Positions 9,514-18,969 are shown, counted from the stretch's first letter. The stretch: 64,000 nucleotides of DNA from Gemmatimonadota bacterium (GCA_003171215.1 PMYN01000016.1:46970-110969), one strand, 5' to 3'. Numbers and translations are program-made. Notes: generated by a model from the letters alone, not told the origin.

Positions 9514-9741
9514 ATGGACAAGATCACGCGTGAGCGCGCGGAGCGAATCGCCCGCGCGCACCCATGCGAAAGCTGCGGCGAATACACGTACAAGAAACTC
9601 ACGGTGAAACCGGCGCCGAAGACGAATCGCACGGAACTGAACGAGGCGTGGGTCGCGAAGAAGACGTGCGGCGTCTGCGGCCTGGAGTCGCTGATGGGCA
9701 TCGACGAGGAAGGCGAGATCGTGTGGGTGACCCAGCCGTGA
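9514..9741 (+). CDS. small zinc-ribbon protein (two CxxC pairs), function unknown
   Basis: 75 aa with CESCGE ... CGVCG. Starts 3 nt after the SPFH stop. G/C-rich third positions. Confidence 0.5.
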   Translation: MDKITRERAERIARAHPCESCGEYTYKKLTVKPAPKTNRTELNEAWVAKKTCGVCGLESLMGIDEEGEIVWVTQP

Positions 9742-9748
9742 AGAGATC

Positions 9749-10723
9749 ATGAGCGCACTCGATCTCGCGGCGCTCACCGTCGGCGCCCGTGTGCAGCACG
9801 AACTGATGGTGCGCAGCCGCGAGGACAAGGTTACGAAGAACGGCGACCCGTTCGCGGTGCTGCAGCTCGGGAACGCAAGCGGGCAGATCTCGGCGAACGT
9901 GTGGAAGGAGCAGCTTCCGTTTCTCGAGGGCGTGAAGGCGGGGAGCGTCGTGCAGGTCATCGGCGCGGTCGAGAGTTACCAGGGACGCCGCCAGCTCAAG
10001 ATCACCGCGCCGCTTCGCGTGGTTGCGGCGTCCGCCGTGAACATCGACGAATTCTTGCCGCGCGTCAGCGTCGACGCGGCGAAGCTGTGGGAAACGGTGG
10101 ACAAGTGGCGCCGCGAGATGCGCTCGCGACAACTGCGCGCGGCGGTCGACCTGTTCTTCGGCGATGATGCGTTTCGCGTGAAGTTCGAGCGCGCGCCGGG
10201 CGCACCGCGCGGGCACCATGCGCAGATCGGCGGCCTGCTCATGCACGTCGTCGAGGTCGGCACCATCGCGCGCGCTTCCGCGAAGACGATGCGCGGCGAC
10301 GTCGACCTCGTGACCGCCGGCGCGCTACTGCACGACATCGGCAAGGTCGAGACGTACTCGATCACCGCTGCGGGGTTCGACTACACGCAGGGCGGATTCC
10401 TCCTCCAGCATATCGTGCTCGGATCGCTGATGCTCGACCGCCGCCTGCGGACGCTGCCCGAAGGAACGCTGAGCGAGGCGCAGGAGCTCGAACTCCAGCA
10501 CTTCATTCAGTCGCATCACGGCATCCAGGAGCACGGCGCCGCCGTGCGGCCGATGACGCTGGAAGCCGAACTCCTGCACTGGGCCGATCAGAGCTCGGCC
10601 AACGGCAACAATTTCAACGATGCGATGGAGGATCCCGAGCTCTTCCCGGGCAGCGAAGAATTCTCGGTGAAGAAGTCCTGGCGTCTCGACCGGAAAGTCT
10701 GGCGCCGACAGCACGAGTGGTAA
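9749..10723 (+). CDS. OB-fold plus HD-domain protein (YhaM-like 3'-5' exoribonuclease family)
   Basis: N-terminal OB-fold-like segment (VTKNGDPFAVLQLGNASGQISANVW) followed by HD motifs (HHAQIGGLLMHV, LLHDIGKVE, HFIQSHHG). Confidence 0.75.
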   Translation: MSALDLAALTVGARVQHELMVRSREDKVTKNGDPFAVLQLGNASGQISANVWKEQLPFLEGVKAGSVVQVIGAVESYQGRRQLKITAPLRVVAASAVNIDEFLPRVSVDAAKLWETVDKWRREMRSRQLRAAVDLFFGDDAFRVKFERAPGAPRGHHAQIGGLLMHVVEVGTIARASAKTMRGDVDLVTAGALLHDIGKVETYSITAAGFDYTQGGFLLQHIVLGSLMLDRRLRTLPEGTLSEAQELELQHFIQSHHGIQEHGAAVRPMTLEAELLHWADQSSANGNNFNDAMEDPELFPGSEEFSVKKSWRLDRKVWRRQHEW

Positions 10724-10738
10724 CGCCGTGGGAGTAGA

Positions 10739-11019
10739 GTGGTAGCGGATGATGCAGCGCCCGGACGATGGGCGATGCTCGCACTGCTTTCGCTGGCCGA
10801 ACTGCTCGGCATGTCGCTCTGGTTCGCGGGAAGCGCGGCGGCCGGCCAGCTTCGCGAACAGTTCTCGCTCTCGGGCGGTGAAGTCGCGGCGCTGACCACC
10901 GCCGTGCAACTCGGGTTCGTCGCGCGTGGTCACTCGTCGCCTCGGTGATTCGCGAACGCCGCTGGCGGCTCGCCACTGGCGGCTACCTCGGCCACATGGC
11001 CGAACTTTATCCTCACTGA
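10739..11019 (+). pseudogene. internally deleted, frameshifted remnant of an MFS transporter paralogous to the gene immediately downstream
   Basis: Residues RWAMLALLSLAELLGMSLWFAGSAAAGQL...TTAVQLGFVA match RWRMLVLLAVSELLGMSLWFSGSAVAPIL...TTMVQLGFVA of the 11136 gene. After the stop at 10946, a second frame reads VIRERRWRLATGGYLGHMAELY, matching VIRNREWRLASGGYFGHIAELY about 140 residues further into the intact copy. Confidence 0.75.
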
Positions 11020-11066
11020 ATGTCTCGCACACCACACTTCCCTGTGAAATGGCCGAGTTTTGACGA

Positions 11067-11087
11067 GGTGTCTGAGACACCGGTGTC
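11067..11087. promoter_or_regulatory. candidate operator: GGTGTC-tga-GACACC-GGTGTC (two overlapping perfect palindromes) beside a TTGACG -35-like hexamer
   Basis: Read directly. Lies ~50 bp upstream of the MFS start. TTGACG at 11060-11065. Confidence 0.3.
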
Positions 11088-11135
11088 AAGATCGGTGCCA
11101 AAGACGCCGCCGGGAGCTCTCCGCCAGATGGCCAG

Positions 11136-12386
11136 ATGACCCTTTCGTCGGTGACCGCCCCACGACCGGAGCCGGATACCGATCCGGACCGCTGGCGCAT
11201 GCTTGTTTTGCTGGCCGTTTCCGAGCTGCTCGGGATGAGCCTGTGGTTTTCAGGCAGCGCGGTCGCGCCGATCCTGCAGGTCCGCTGGCACCTGACCGGC
11301 GAGCAGGTCGGCTGGCTCACCACGATGGTCCAGCTCGGCTTTGTGGCCGGTACCGCCGTGTCCGCGGTGCTCAACCTCGCCGATATCGTGCCCGCCAAGC
11401 GCCTGTTCGCCGTGTCGGCGATCTTGGGCGCGCTCGGCAATGCGTGGCTGGCTGTGGCCTCCGGATTCGGTCCTGCCCTCGTTTCCAGATTCGCGGCCGG
11501 GTTCTTCCTCGCCGGCGTGTACCCGCCGGCAATGAAGATGGCGGCGACGTGGTTCCGGGCCCGCCGAGGGCTCGCCGTGGGGACCGTGGTCGGCGCCCTG
11601 ACGGTCGGCAAGGCTGGCCCCTACCTCGTTCACGCGTTTCCTGGTGCCGGGGTGGTGCCGGTCGTCCTGACAGCCTCGGCCAGCGCGCTCGTCGCCGCCG
11701 CCATCATCATGCTCGGGTATCGCGACGGGCCTTATCCGTTCACTCCGCGTCCGTTCTCCTGGGGCCTGGTGAACTCCGTTATTCGCAATCGCGAATGGCG
11801 TCTGGCGAGCGGCGGATATTTTGGGCACATCGCAGAACTGTATTGTTTTTGGACGTGGATTCCGGCGTTCGTGGCGGCAAGTCTTTCAGCCCAAACCGGC
11901 CGCACCGTCGAGGCATCGTCAGCGGAAGCCTCGCTGCTCGCCTTCGGCGTCATCGCTGTCGGCGGCATCGGGTGCGTCTGGGGCGGCCTAGCCGCGGACC
12001 GGGTCGGCCGCGAGCGCCTCGTCATGTGGGCCATGGCCGCGAGCGGCACGTGCGCGCTGCTTATCGGCTTCACCTTCGGACGGAGTCTGTGGCTGCTCGT
12101 GCCGCTCGCGCTGGTATGGGGGTTCTTTGTGATTGCGGATTCGGCGCAGTTCAGCGTGTTAGTGACAGAGAGCGTTCCAGCTCACGCGGTAGGCACGGCG
12201 CTCACCGTCCAGACGTCGTTGGGGTTCTTGCTCACAACGTTCACGATTCAGGCGGTGCCGCCCGTGGTGCGTGCGGTGGGGTGGAGCTTGGCGTTCCCGA
12301 TGCTCGCGCTGGGACCGGCGGTAGGGATTCTGAGTATCCGGTCGCTCCTCGCCGTGCGGCGTCGAAGCACGCAGGCGAAAAGTTGA
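11136..12386 (+). CDS. MFS family transporter (about 12 TM segments)
   Basis: 416 aa, hydrophobic throughout, with MFS-like loops (PPAMKMAATWFRARRGLAVG, ADRVGRERLV). Confidence 0.85.
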   Translation: MTLSSVTAPRPEPDTDPDRWRMLVLLAVSELLGMSLWFSGSAVAPILQVRWHLTGEQVGWLTTMVQLGFVAGTAVSAVLNLADIVPAKRLFAVSAILGALGNAWLAVASGFGPALVSRFAAGFFLAGVYPPAMKMAATWFRARRGLAVGTVVGALTVGKAGPYLVHAFPGAGVVPVVLTASASALVAAAIIMLGYRDGPYPFTPRPFSWGLVNSVIRNREWRLASGGYFGHIAELYCFWTWIPAFVAASLSAQTGRTVEASSAEASLLAFGVIAVGGIGCVWGGLAADRVGRERLVMWAMAASGTCALLIGFTFGRSLWLLVPLALVWGFFVIADSAQFSVLVTESVPAHAVGTALTVQTSLGFLLTTFTIQAVPPVVRAVGWSLAFPMLALGPAVGILSIRSLLAVRRRSTQAKS

Positions 12387-12391
12387 GCCAC

Positions 12392-12685
12392 TTAGACTCG
12401 AGAGCGCCCGAGCTCGGAGGCCACATCAGGACGTCGCGTTTGTGGCGCCTCCGCGATTTGACTGGCACGCGATATGTGTAGTTCTGCGGCCTCCGCGATC
12501 TTGTGCCAGAGACGACTCACGATAGTGAGGCAATGTTCCACGTCTGAGATCGAGAATGCGCCTGCGAGGTCCATGTCCGACAGACTCAAGTCGAAATGGA
12601 GAGTGTCCCAGAAGTCGATCGGGGCAACGTCGTAGCCCTGAAGAACCAGGACGGCCAATTCTCCAGCTAGTATTCGACCGGGCAA
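12392..12685 (-). CDS. questionable hypothetical ORF in a lower-GC patch
   Basis: 97-aa ORF with atypical codon use for this window (GGT, CGA, ATA, CTA, GAA, TTG). No family recognised. An antisense frame ending at 12774 has better GC3 over its last 28 codons. Confidence 0.2.
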   Translation of the reverse strand: MPGRILAGELAVLVLQGYDVAPIDFWDTLHFDLSLSDMDLAGAFSISDVEHCLTIVSRLWHKIAEAAELHISRASQIAEAPQTRRPDVASELGRSRV

Positions 12686-12922
12686 CGATGTGGAACGAGA
12701 CCGGCCCGGACGGGCCCGGATACTACAAGAAGAACGGCAACGACATCATCAAGCTCATTCCCGGGGTCCCGTAGCGCCGGTCCGTTCGTCACGGCCGGCG
12801 CTCCCGGTGTGCGCTACGGCTGCACGCGCTTCACCGTCGTGATCGTCACAGACGACGGATACTGCGCGTACTACGCATCTCAAGCCGGACACGCCGACTG
12901 CCGATACTGAGCGTAGATATCT

Positions 12923-13615
12923 ATGACGCTCACACGAATCCGTTCCCGCATTGCGTTCGCCGGCGCTGCTCTCGCGATGCTGGCGCAGTCCGGCTGCAAG
13001 AAGACGCCGGTGGCACCCGTTGCCGTGAACGGGTTCACGATCGTGCAGGGAAACAATCAGGTGGCGCAGGCCGGTACCCTGCTGCCGACGCCCGTCGTGC
13101 TGCGAGTCATCGACATCAACGGCGACGGGATTCCAAATGTGACCGTGGTGTTTGCGATCGCGACCGGTGGTGGCACCGTCACGCCGGCCTCCGCGCTCAG
13201 CGACGCGAACGGTGAAGTGTCGGTCAAGTGGACACTCGGCCAGGGTGCGCCCGTGCAGTCGCTTGCTGCGTCGACCGGGGTGACAGCTCCGGCTATTCTG
13301 TTGGCCGACGCGCTCTTCCCCACGGCGATCGTCTCTGCGCAAGGCAACAATCAGACCGGCAAGACAGGCCAGGCACTCGCGAACAGCATCGTGATTCGGG
13401 TAACCGGCGACAACAACGTGCCGCTCACCGGAATCCCCGTGCAGTTCCAGGTCGTCAGCGGCGGCGGCGCGATCTCTCCGCAAACGGCCCTCACGAATTC
13501 GTTCGGCGAGGTGACGGTGAAATGGACGCTTGGCACGCTCGCCGGATCGAACAGCGCGACCGCGAGCGCAGCGACGCTGAATCCCGTTCAGCTCTCGGCG
13601 ACCGCTACTCCGTAA
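12923..13615 (+). CDS. lipoprotein with two bacterial Ig-like (Big_1/invasin-type) repeats
   Basis: Lipobox LAQSGC. Two internal repeats of the form QGNNQ.(A/G).(A/T)G..L...(V/I)V(L/I)RV.D.NG.(G/P)..(N/G).(T/P)V.F......GG.(V/I).P..AL(S/T)(D/N)..GEV(S/T)VKWTLG. Confidence 0.65.
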   Translation: MTLTRIRSRIAFAGAALAMLAQSGCKKTPVAPVAVNGFTIVQGNNQVAQAGTLLPTPVVLRVIDINGDGIPNVTVVFAIATGGGTVTPASALSDANGEVSVKWTLGQGAPVQSLAASTGVTAPAILLADALFPTAIVSAQGNNQTGKTGQALANSIVIRVTGDNNVPLTGIPVQFQVVSGGGAISPQTALTNSFGEVTVKWTLGTLAGSNSATASAATLNPVQLSATATP

Positions 13616-13819
13616 TCACGCGGAGAGGGCCCTAGCGTCAACGCCGGCGACGCCCAAGCCGTAATTACCGCGAATACGCGTGCATTCCGCCATGTGGGGG
13701 ACGCGACGCGAACGCACGCGCCTGCCGCCACGTATCGGACGGACTCACCAGCATAATTTGATCAAGTCAGGAGAGCGATCCACGGCTCGTGCGGTAGAAC
13801 GCCCCTCGGAGGTGGTGGT

Positions 13820-16396
13820 GTGGGCGTTCTCCGAAGCGCAGCCATGAGGATCCGTTTGCGCAGTCTCCGGCGGATGTCCGCCATCCGCCTGTTCCTGGCG
13901 CTGGGCGCGAGCATCTTCGGCGGAGAGGCGCTGGTGATGCTGTTTCTCGCGCGGCTGCGGCCGCTGTCGCCCTGGGGCGGCGCGCTGCTCGACGCCACGC
14001 TCCTGCTGATCGTGCTGTTCCCCGTGTTCTACACTCTGGTGCTGCGCCCGCTCACGACCGACCTCGTGCAGCGCGAACAGGCCGAGCACGCGTTGCAGGG
14101 AATCGAGGCGCAACTCCGGGCGACGCTCGACTCCACCGTGGACGGGATTCTCGCAGTGGACGGCGAGGGCAATACGCTGCACACGAACCCCCGATTCACC
14201 GAGCTCTGGCGCATCCCCAAGCCGGTCGTCGAGCGCGGCGACGACCGGGAGATGCTGGAGTTCGTGCTTGACCAGTTGGTCGATCCCGCCGGGTTTCTCG
14301 CCAAGGTGCGGGCGCTGTACGGTTCGGACGCCGTGGATGCGGACACGCTGCGCTTCAAGGACGGCCGGGTGTTCGAGCGCCATTCCGTCCCCATGTTCCT
14401 GGAGGGCGCCCGCAGCGGCCGTGTGTGGTCCTTCCGCGACGTCAGCGAGCGTGAGCGGGCAGAGCAGGCGCTGAAGCAGACCTCCGATCGCCTGGAACAG
14501 GTGATCCGCGTGACCGACATCGGCATCTTCGATCATGACCTCGTGACCGATGTCATCTTCTGGTCGGCACCGCTGCGGCACTTGTACGGCTGGGGCGCGG
14601 ACGAGCCCGTCACCATGTCGATGTACCACCACATCATCCATCCCGAGGATCGCAGACGCGTCCTCGAGGCGATGCAGCGCGTCCTCGACCCGTCAGGTGA
14701 CGGATTCTTTGCCGCCGAACATCGGATCGTCCGCCATGACGGCGCCGTCCGGTGGGTGGCCAAGCAGGCGCAGACGTTCTTCGAGGGGAAGGGCGAGGCG
14801 CAACACGCCGTGCGCACCGTCGGCGCGGTCGAGGACATCACCGACCGCAAGGAAGCTGAGGTAGCCGTGCGGAACAGCGAGGAGGAGTTCCGCAGCCTGT
14901 TCAACAACGCGGAAGTTGGCATGTTCAGGACGCGGCTCGACGGCTCGGAAATCGTGGCCGTGAACGATCAGTTCGTCAGGATTTTCGGGCGCACGCGAGA
15001 GGAACTCCAGGGTTCGCCGTCGGTGATTCACTGGGCGGATCCGCAACAGCGGATCGAGATAGTGCGGCGACTCCACGCCGAGGGGCGCGTGACGGATTTC
15101 GAGTGCGGCATGCTGACCAAACGTGGCGAGGTGCGGCAGTGCGTCACGTCGTTGCGGCTCTATCCGGCCCAGGGCATCCTCGAGGGATCCATCGCGGACA
15201 TCACCGACCGCAAGCGGGCCGAGGAGGAACGCAACAGGCTCGAGGCCCAGTTCCAGCACGCGCAGAAGATGGAGTCCGTGGGCCGGCTGGCGGGCGGCGT
15301 CGCCCACGACTTCAACAACATGCTCGGGGTGATCCTCGTGCACGCGGAACTGGCCCTGATGCAGATGGACCCGGCGCAGCCGCTCTACGACGACTTGGCG
15401 GCAATTCACAACGCCGCCGCGCGTTCGGCCGAGCTCACACAGCAGTTGCTGGCCTTCGCCTGCAAGCAGCAGATCGTGCCGCACGTGCTGGACCTCAACG
15501 AGACGGTGACGCAGTCGCTCAGGATGCTGCAGCGGTTGATCGGCGAGGACATCAGCCTTTCGTGGCAGCCGGGGGCGGCGCTCTGGCCGATATCGATGGA
15601 TCCGTCACAGCTGGACCAGATGCTGGCGAACCTGTGCGTCAACGCCCGCGACGCGATCGCGGACGTGGGCAGCATGACGATCTCGACCTCCAACTGCGTC
15701 ATCGATGCGCCAGCCTGTCTCGCGCTCACGCACAGGGACGCCACGCCCGGGGAGTACGTGCGGCTCACGGTGAGCGACAGCGGGTGCGGCATGAGCAGCG
15801 AGGTACTGGAGCAGATCTTCGAGCCGTTCTTCACGACCAAGGCCGTCGGCGAAGGCACGGGACTCGGGCTGTCAACCGTCTACGGCGCCTTGAGGCAGAA
15901 CAATGGCTTTATTACGGTGGTCAGCGCCCCGGATCAGGGGACGACCTTCGACATCTATCTGCCCCGATGCGAGTGTCGGATGCAGGTCGCGGAGACCTCA
16001 GGTGCCACGGCCCTCGCGCCGTCCGGTCGCGAAACCGTGCTCTTGGTGGAGGACGACCCTGCCGTGCTCCGCATGACCACGAAGGCGCTCGAAGAGCGGG
16101 GCTACACCGTGCTCTGTGCCGGTGGGCCCGGGGAGGCGATCCGGACGGCGGACGAGCATGCGGGCGAGATCGACCTGCTGCTGACCGATGTGATAATGCC
16201 CGAGATGAACGGCCGCGACCTGGTTGACACGCTGTTGTCCACCCGTCCGCGACTCAAGTACCTCTTCATGTCGGGGTTCCCGGCGCGCGGAAGCAGCGGA
16301 CATCATACGCTCATGGAAGCGGCGCACTTCATCGCGAAACCATTCGCGCTCATGACGTTCGCCGCCAAGGTGCGGGAGGTTTTGGACCGCGAGTAG
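13820..16396 (+). CDS. hybrid sensor histidine kinase (2 TM, multiple PAS domains, HisKA, HATPase_c, C-terminal receiver)
   Basis: PAS-like repeats (ITDRKxAE junctions occur three times). H-box VAHDFNNMLGVI. N/G boxes NLCVNARDA, DSGCGM, GEGTGLGLS. Receiver VLLVEDDPAV ... DLLLTDVIMPEMNG ... AKPF. Confidence 0.9.
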   Translation: MGVLRSAAMRIRLRSLRRMSAIRLFLALGASIFGGEALVMLFLARLRPLSPWGGALLDATLLLIVLFPVFYTLVLRPLTTDLVQREQAEHALQGIEAQLRATLDSTVDGILAVDGEGNTLHTNPRFTELWRIPKPVVERGDDREMLEFVLDQLVDPAGFLAKVRALYGSDAVDADTLRFKDGRVFERHSVPMFLEGARSGRVWSFRDVSERERAEQALKQTSDRLEQVIRVTDIGIFDHDLVTDVIFWSAPLRHLYGWGADEPVTMSMYHHIIHPEDRRRVLEAMQRVLDPSGDGFFAAEHRIVRHDGAVRWVAKQAQTFFEGKGEAQHAVRTVGAVEDITDRKEAEVAVRNSEEEFRSLFNNAEVGMFRTRLDGSEIVAVNDQFVRIFGRTREELQGSPSVIHWADPQQRIEIVRRLHAEGRVTDFECGMLTKRGEVRQCVTSLRLYPAQGILEGSIADITDRKRAEEERNRLEAQFQHAQKMESVGRLAGGVAHDFNNMLGVILVHAELALMQMDPAQPLYDDLAAIHNAAARSAELTQQLLAFACKQQIVPHVLDLNETVTQSLRMLQRLIGEDISLSWQPGAALWPISMDPSQLDQMLANLCVNARDAIADVGSMTISTSNCVIDAPACLALTHRDATPGEYVRLTVSDSGCGMSSEVLEQIFEPFFTTKAVGEGTGLGLSTVYGALRQNNGFITVVSAPDQGTTFDIYLPRCECRMQVAETSGATALAPSGRETVLLVEDDPAVLRMTTKALEERGYTVLCAGGPGEAIRTADEHAGEIDLLLTDVIMPEMNGRDLVDTLLSTRPRLKYLFMSGFPARGSSGHHTLMEAAHFIAKPFALMTFAAKVREVLDRE

Positions 16397-16483
16397 GTCA
16401 CCTCCCGGCCGGGCTAAAGTTTTCATGCTCCGGTGCCGAGACTGACGGTGTCAGGTACGTCTCTCGCCTTTTCGGAGTCTCGC

Positions 16484-17074
16484 ATGACAAGTCCCGGCAG
16501 CTCCGCGCGTCGTCGCCGCGCCGCGTACACCTGCATCATCGCGCTCTGCGCCGCGTGCGGCGGCGGCACGCGCGTCACCACCCTGCCGAAGATCGACAGG
16601 ACCGACGCCGGACGCATCGTGCCCGACTGGTACGTCAATCCGCCTCGGGATGCGAAGTTCGTCGTCGCCTCGGGATCGGCCACGTCGAGCGACATGCAGC
16701 TCGCACTCACCAAGGCGCAAACGGTCGCCCGCGCGACGCTCGCCGAGGAAATGCAGGCGACGTACAAGGTGCTCTCAAGGCAGTTCGCCGAGGAGGTCGG
16801 ACGCGACGATTCAAACCGGCTGCTCGACCAGTTCACGCGAACGGTCGAGGCCGTCGTGAACGCCAACCTCGTGAACACCACGCTCCGGCAGCAATACCTG
16901 CAGAAGGAGCCGCCCGGCTATCGCGCCTTCGTGCTCGTGGCGGTTTCGCGTGACGACATCGCCGCGCGCCTGCTCAAGGAGCTGAAGGCCAGCGAGGCAC
17001 TTTATACGCGACTGCGCGCGACCCAGGCGTTCAAGGATCTCGAGGCGCAGACGACAGCACCTGCGGTGCCGTGA
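16484..17074 (+). CDS. LPP20-family lipoprotein
   Basis: Lipobox IALCAACGG, then VPDWYVNPP ... MQLALTKAQTVARATLAEEM ... YRAFVLVAVSRDDI, which follows the LPP20 (H. pylori Lpp20 / FlgP-type) pattern. ATG 16484 chosen. Confidence 0.55.
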   Translation: MTSPGSSARRRRAAYTCIIALCAACGGGTRVTTLPKIDRTDAGRIVPDWYVNPPRDAKFVVASGSATSSDMQLALTKAQTVARATLAEEMQATYKVLSRQFAEEVGRDDSNRLLDQFTRTVEAVVNANLVNTTLRQQYLQKEPPGYRAFVLVAVSRDDIAARLLKELKASEALYTRLRATQAFKDLEAQTTAPAVP

Positions 17075-18969
17075 AGCGGCCCGTCACGCGTCGCCTCGGC
17101 GGCGGCGTGACGCTGTTCGTCCTGCTCCTGCTGGCGCCGCGACCCGGCGCCGGGCAGTCCGTCGCGGTTCCCGTGGTGGCGGTCGGCGAAGGTCGGTCGT
17201 TTCCCGCGGCGCTCGCGACGGCGATTCGGATGGCCGTTGAGTCTGGCGCCGGGGCCACCGTGCAAGGGAGTGTGACCTCGAGAGGCGAACGCGTGATGAC
17301 CGATTCGATCCGCGCCGTGAGCCGCGGCGTGGTCACGCGTTACGTCGTGCTCGACAGCGGCGCGGTCGGCGGAGGAATGCGCGTGCGCATCATGGCGATG
17401 GTCTCGCGCATCGCGGAGGGCGAGGCCGCCGGCGCGCGCGCCCGGCGCATTGCCGCGCCGGGCGAACTCTGGACCGCGAACGCCACGCTCGAGTCCGATC
17501 GACGAGCGGACGAAGGGCGCCTTCTCTCGGAGATTTTCGGCGCGATCGACCGCCAGCCAAACGCGTATTCGTACGAAGTCGAGGCCGGCCCGCCGGTCGC
17601 GAGCGGCGCCGACTTGCGGCTCCGGCTCCGCGTGATCCGTTCGCCGAGCCCGGCGTACGAGATCCTGCGCAACCGCGCGCGCGCGATTCTCTCCGCTGTC
17701 GCGGGACCCGCCGGTGCGCGCACGCTGCACGTGCCGCCACTCGCGAGCGAGCAGGTCGAGGTGCTTCCCTGCGTCTCGCATTGCGGCCTGAGCGAGCGTC
17801 GCGTGCTCAATCCGCGCGCCGCGTTGGACGACACCGACAGCCTTGGCAGCTTCGACCCGCCCGTGCTCACCAGTGTGAGCGCGGTGAGGGTGCCGACCCT
17901 CTTTCCGGACCTTCGTTCGGCCGGCGGCTTCGCCGTGGCGTTCACCGACACCGCGAAACAGCGACAGGAGTTGGTGCACATCCGTTCCACTCAGGGATAT
18001 CTCGCGGTGGTGGATTACCTGCGGACGACCTTCGACGAGGCGCGGTTCCGTCTCCAGCTCGACGACTGGGGCATCGACGTCATCGAGTCCTTCCGCGCAC
18101 CATGGACCGGGCAGCCGCAGCACCGATTCTCGACCACGGCGCTTCCGGGCAAGCCGCCGATTACGCTCGTGCAGGGCTTTCGAGCGCACACTTCCGGCGG
18201 CCCCGGCGCCGCGACGACACTGGGATCCGGCTACGTCGTGCTCGTGCTCCCCGCCGCAGAACCGGCGCGCACCGACACGGCGCTCGTGGACATCCGGCTC
18301 GCGCCCGAGGAGGTCGCGCGAATCTCCGAACTGGGCGTGGCCCCGCTGCCGACGACGCATCGCCTTCCCGCCATTACCTGCCCGGCTCCGAGACCCCCGC
18401 GCGCCACCGGCGGCTCCGGTGCGCGGAAGACGTGCATTCGGCCAAGTGCGGTGGACGTCATGTGGCGGTCGCTCGACGAGGAGCATCCGCTCGCTCCAGC
18501 GCCGGCGCGCCCCTCAACGGAGGCGCCAACGGGCGTTCCGCTTGCCGTGCTCGACGCGATCGCCAGCCCTCCGTTGTCGGACGGTGACGGTGCCGTCTCG
18601 CTCCCCGGCAGGGCGGCGGCATCGGTCATCGCGGTCGGGACCGCGGTCGTCGACCCGGCGGCGCCCACCCAGGCCTGCTCGGTCGCGCGCCTGCGATCGC
18701 AGCGCGAGCTGGTTCGATTTCTCGTTGGTTCGCGCCTGGAAGGTCGCATTGGAATGTCCTCGTCGGAGAGCCGCGGCGGCCAGGTGCAGGAGCTGTTTCG
18801 CGAAGACATCACGGAGAACGTCGCCGGCCGGCTCGTCGGCGCGGCGCTGGCGGCGCAATGGACGGCCCACGCTCCGGAGCGGTGCCGCGTTGCGCTCTGG
18901 CTCTCCGATGGATTGTCGGTGCGCCGCGCCGCCTCACCCGACTCCGGCGAACTGCGGCGCGTGCCGTGA
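17071..18969 (+). CDS. large secreted protein of unknown function with LPP20-like modules at both ends
   Basis: Signal peptide (GVTLFVLLLLAPRPGAGQS). N-terminal VAVGEGRSFPAALATAIRMAVESGAGATVQG...VVTRYVVLDSG...MRVRIMAMV and C-terminal ACSVARLRSQRELVRFLVGSRLEG...NVAGRLVGAALAAQW...CRVALWL both show the LPP20-style alpha/beta pattern. The start overlaps the upstream stop (GTGA). Confidence 0.5.
   Translation: MKRPVTRRLGGGVTLFVLLLLAPRPGAGQSVAVPVVAVGEGRSFPAALATAIRMAVESGAGATVQGSVTSRGERVMTDSIRAVSRGVVTRYVVLDSGAVGGGMRVRIMAMVSRIAEGEAAGARARRIAAPGELWTANATLESDRRADEGRLLSEIFGAIDRQPNAYSYEVEAGPPVASGADLRLRLRVIRSPSPAYEILRNRARAILSAVAGPAGARTLHVPPLASEQVEVLPCVSHCGLSERRVLNPRAALDDTDSLGSFDPPVLTSVSAVRVPTLFPDLRSAGGFAVAFTDTAKQRQELVHIRSTQGYLAVVDYLRTTFDEARFRLQLDDWGIDVIESFRAPWTGQPQHRFSTTALPGKPPITLVQGFRAHTSGGPGAATTLGSGYVVLVLPAAEPARTDTALVDIRLAPEEVARISELGVAPLPTTHRLPAITCPAPRPPRATGGSGARKTCIRPSAVDVMWRSLDEEHPLAPAPARPSTEAPTGVPLAVLDAIASPPLSDGDGAVSLPGRAAASVIAVGTAVVDPAAPTQACSVARLRSQRELVRFLVGSRLEGRIGMSSSESRGGQVQELFREDITENVAGRLVGAALAAQWTAHAPERCRVALWLSDGLSVRRAASPDSGELRRVP

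Noticed and set aside
8371-9960. 529-aa minus-strand ORF
   Set aside because: It lies antisense to the SPFH protein and the small zinc-ribbon gene. It is Arg-rich junk sequence.
11060-12481. 473-aa plus-strand ORF overlapping the MFS gene
   Set aside because: It is an alternative frame of the MFS transporter, Arg-rich and non-hydrophobic. The 11136 frame gives a coherent polytopic membrane protein.
17002-18486. 494-aa minus-strand ORF
   Set aside because: It lies antisense to the 632-aa secreted protein. It is Arg/Gly-rich, and the plus-strand frame has a signal peptide and a coupled start.
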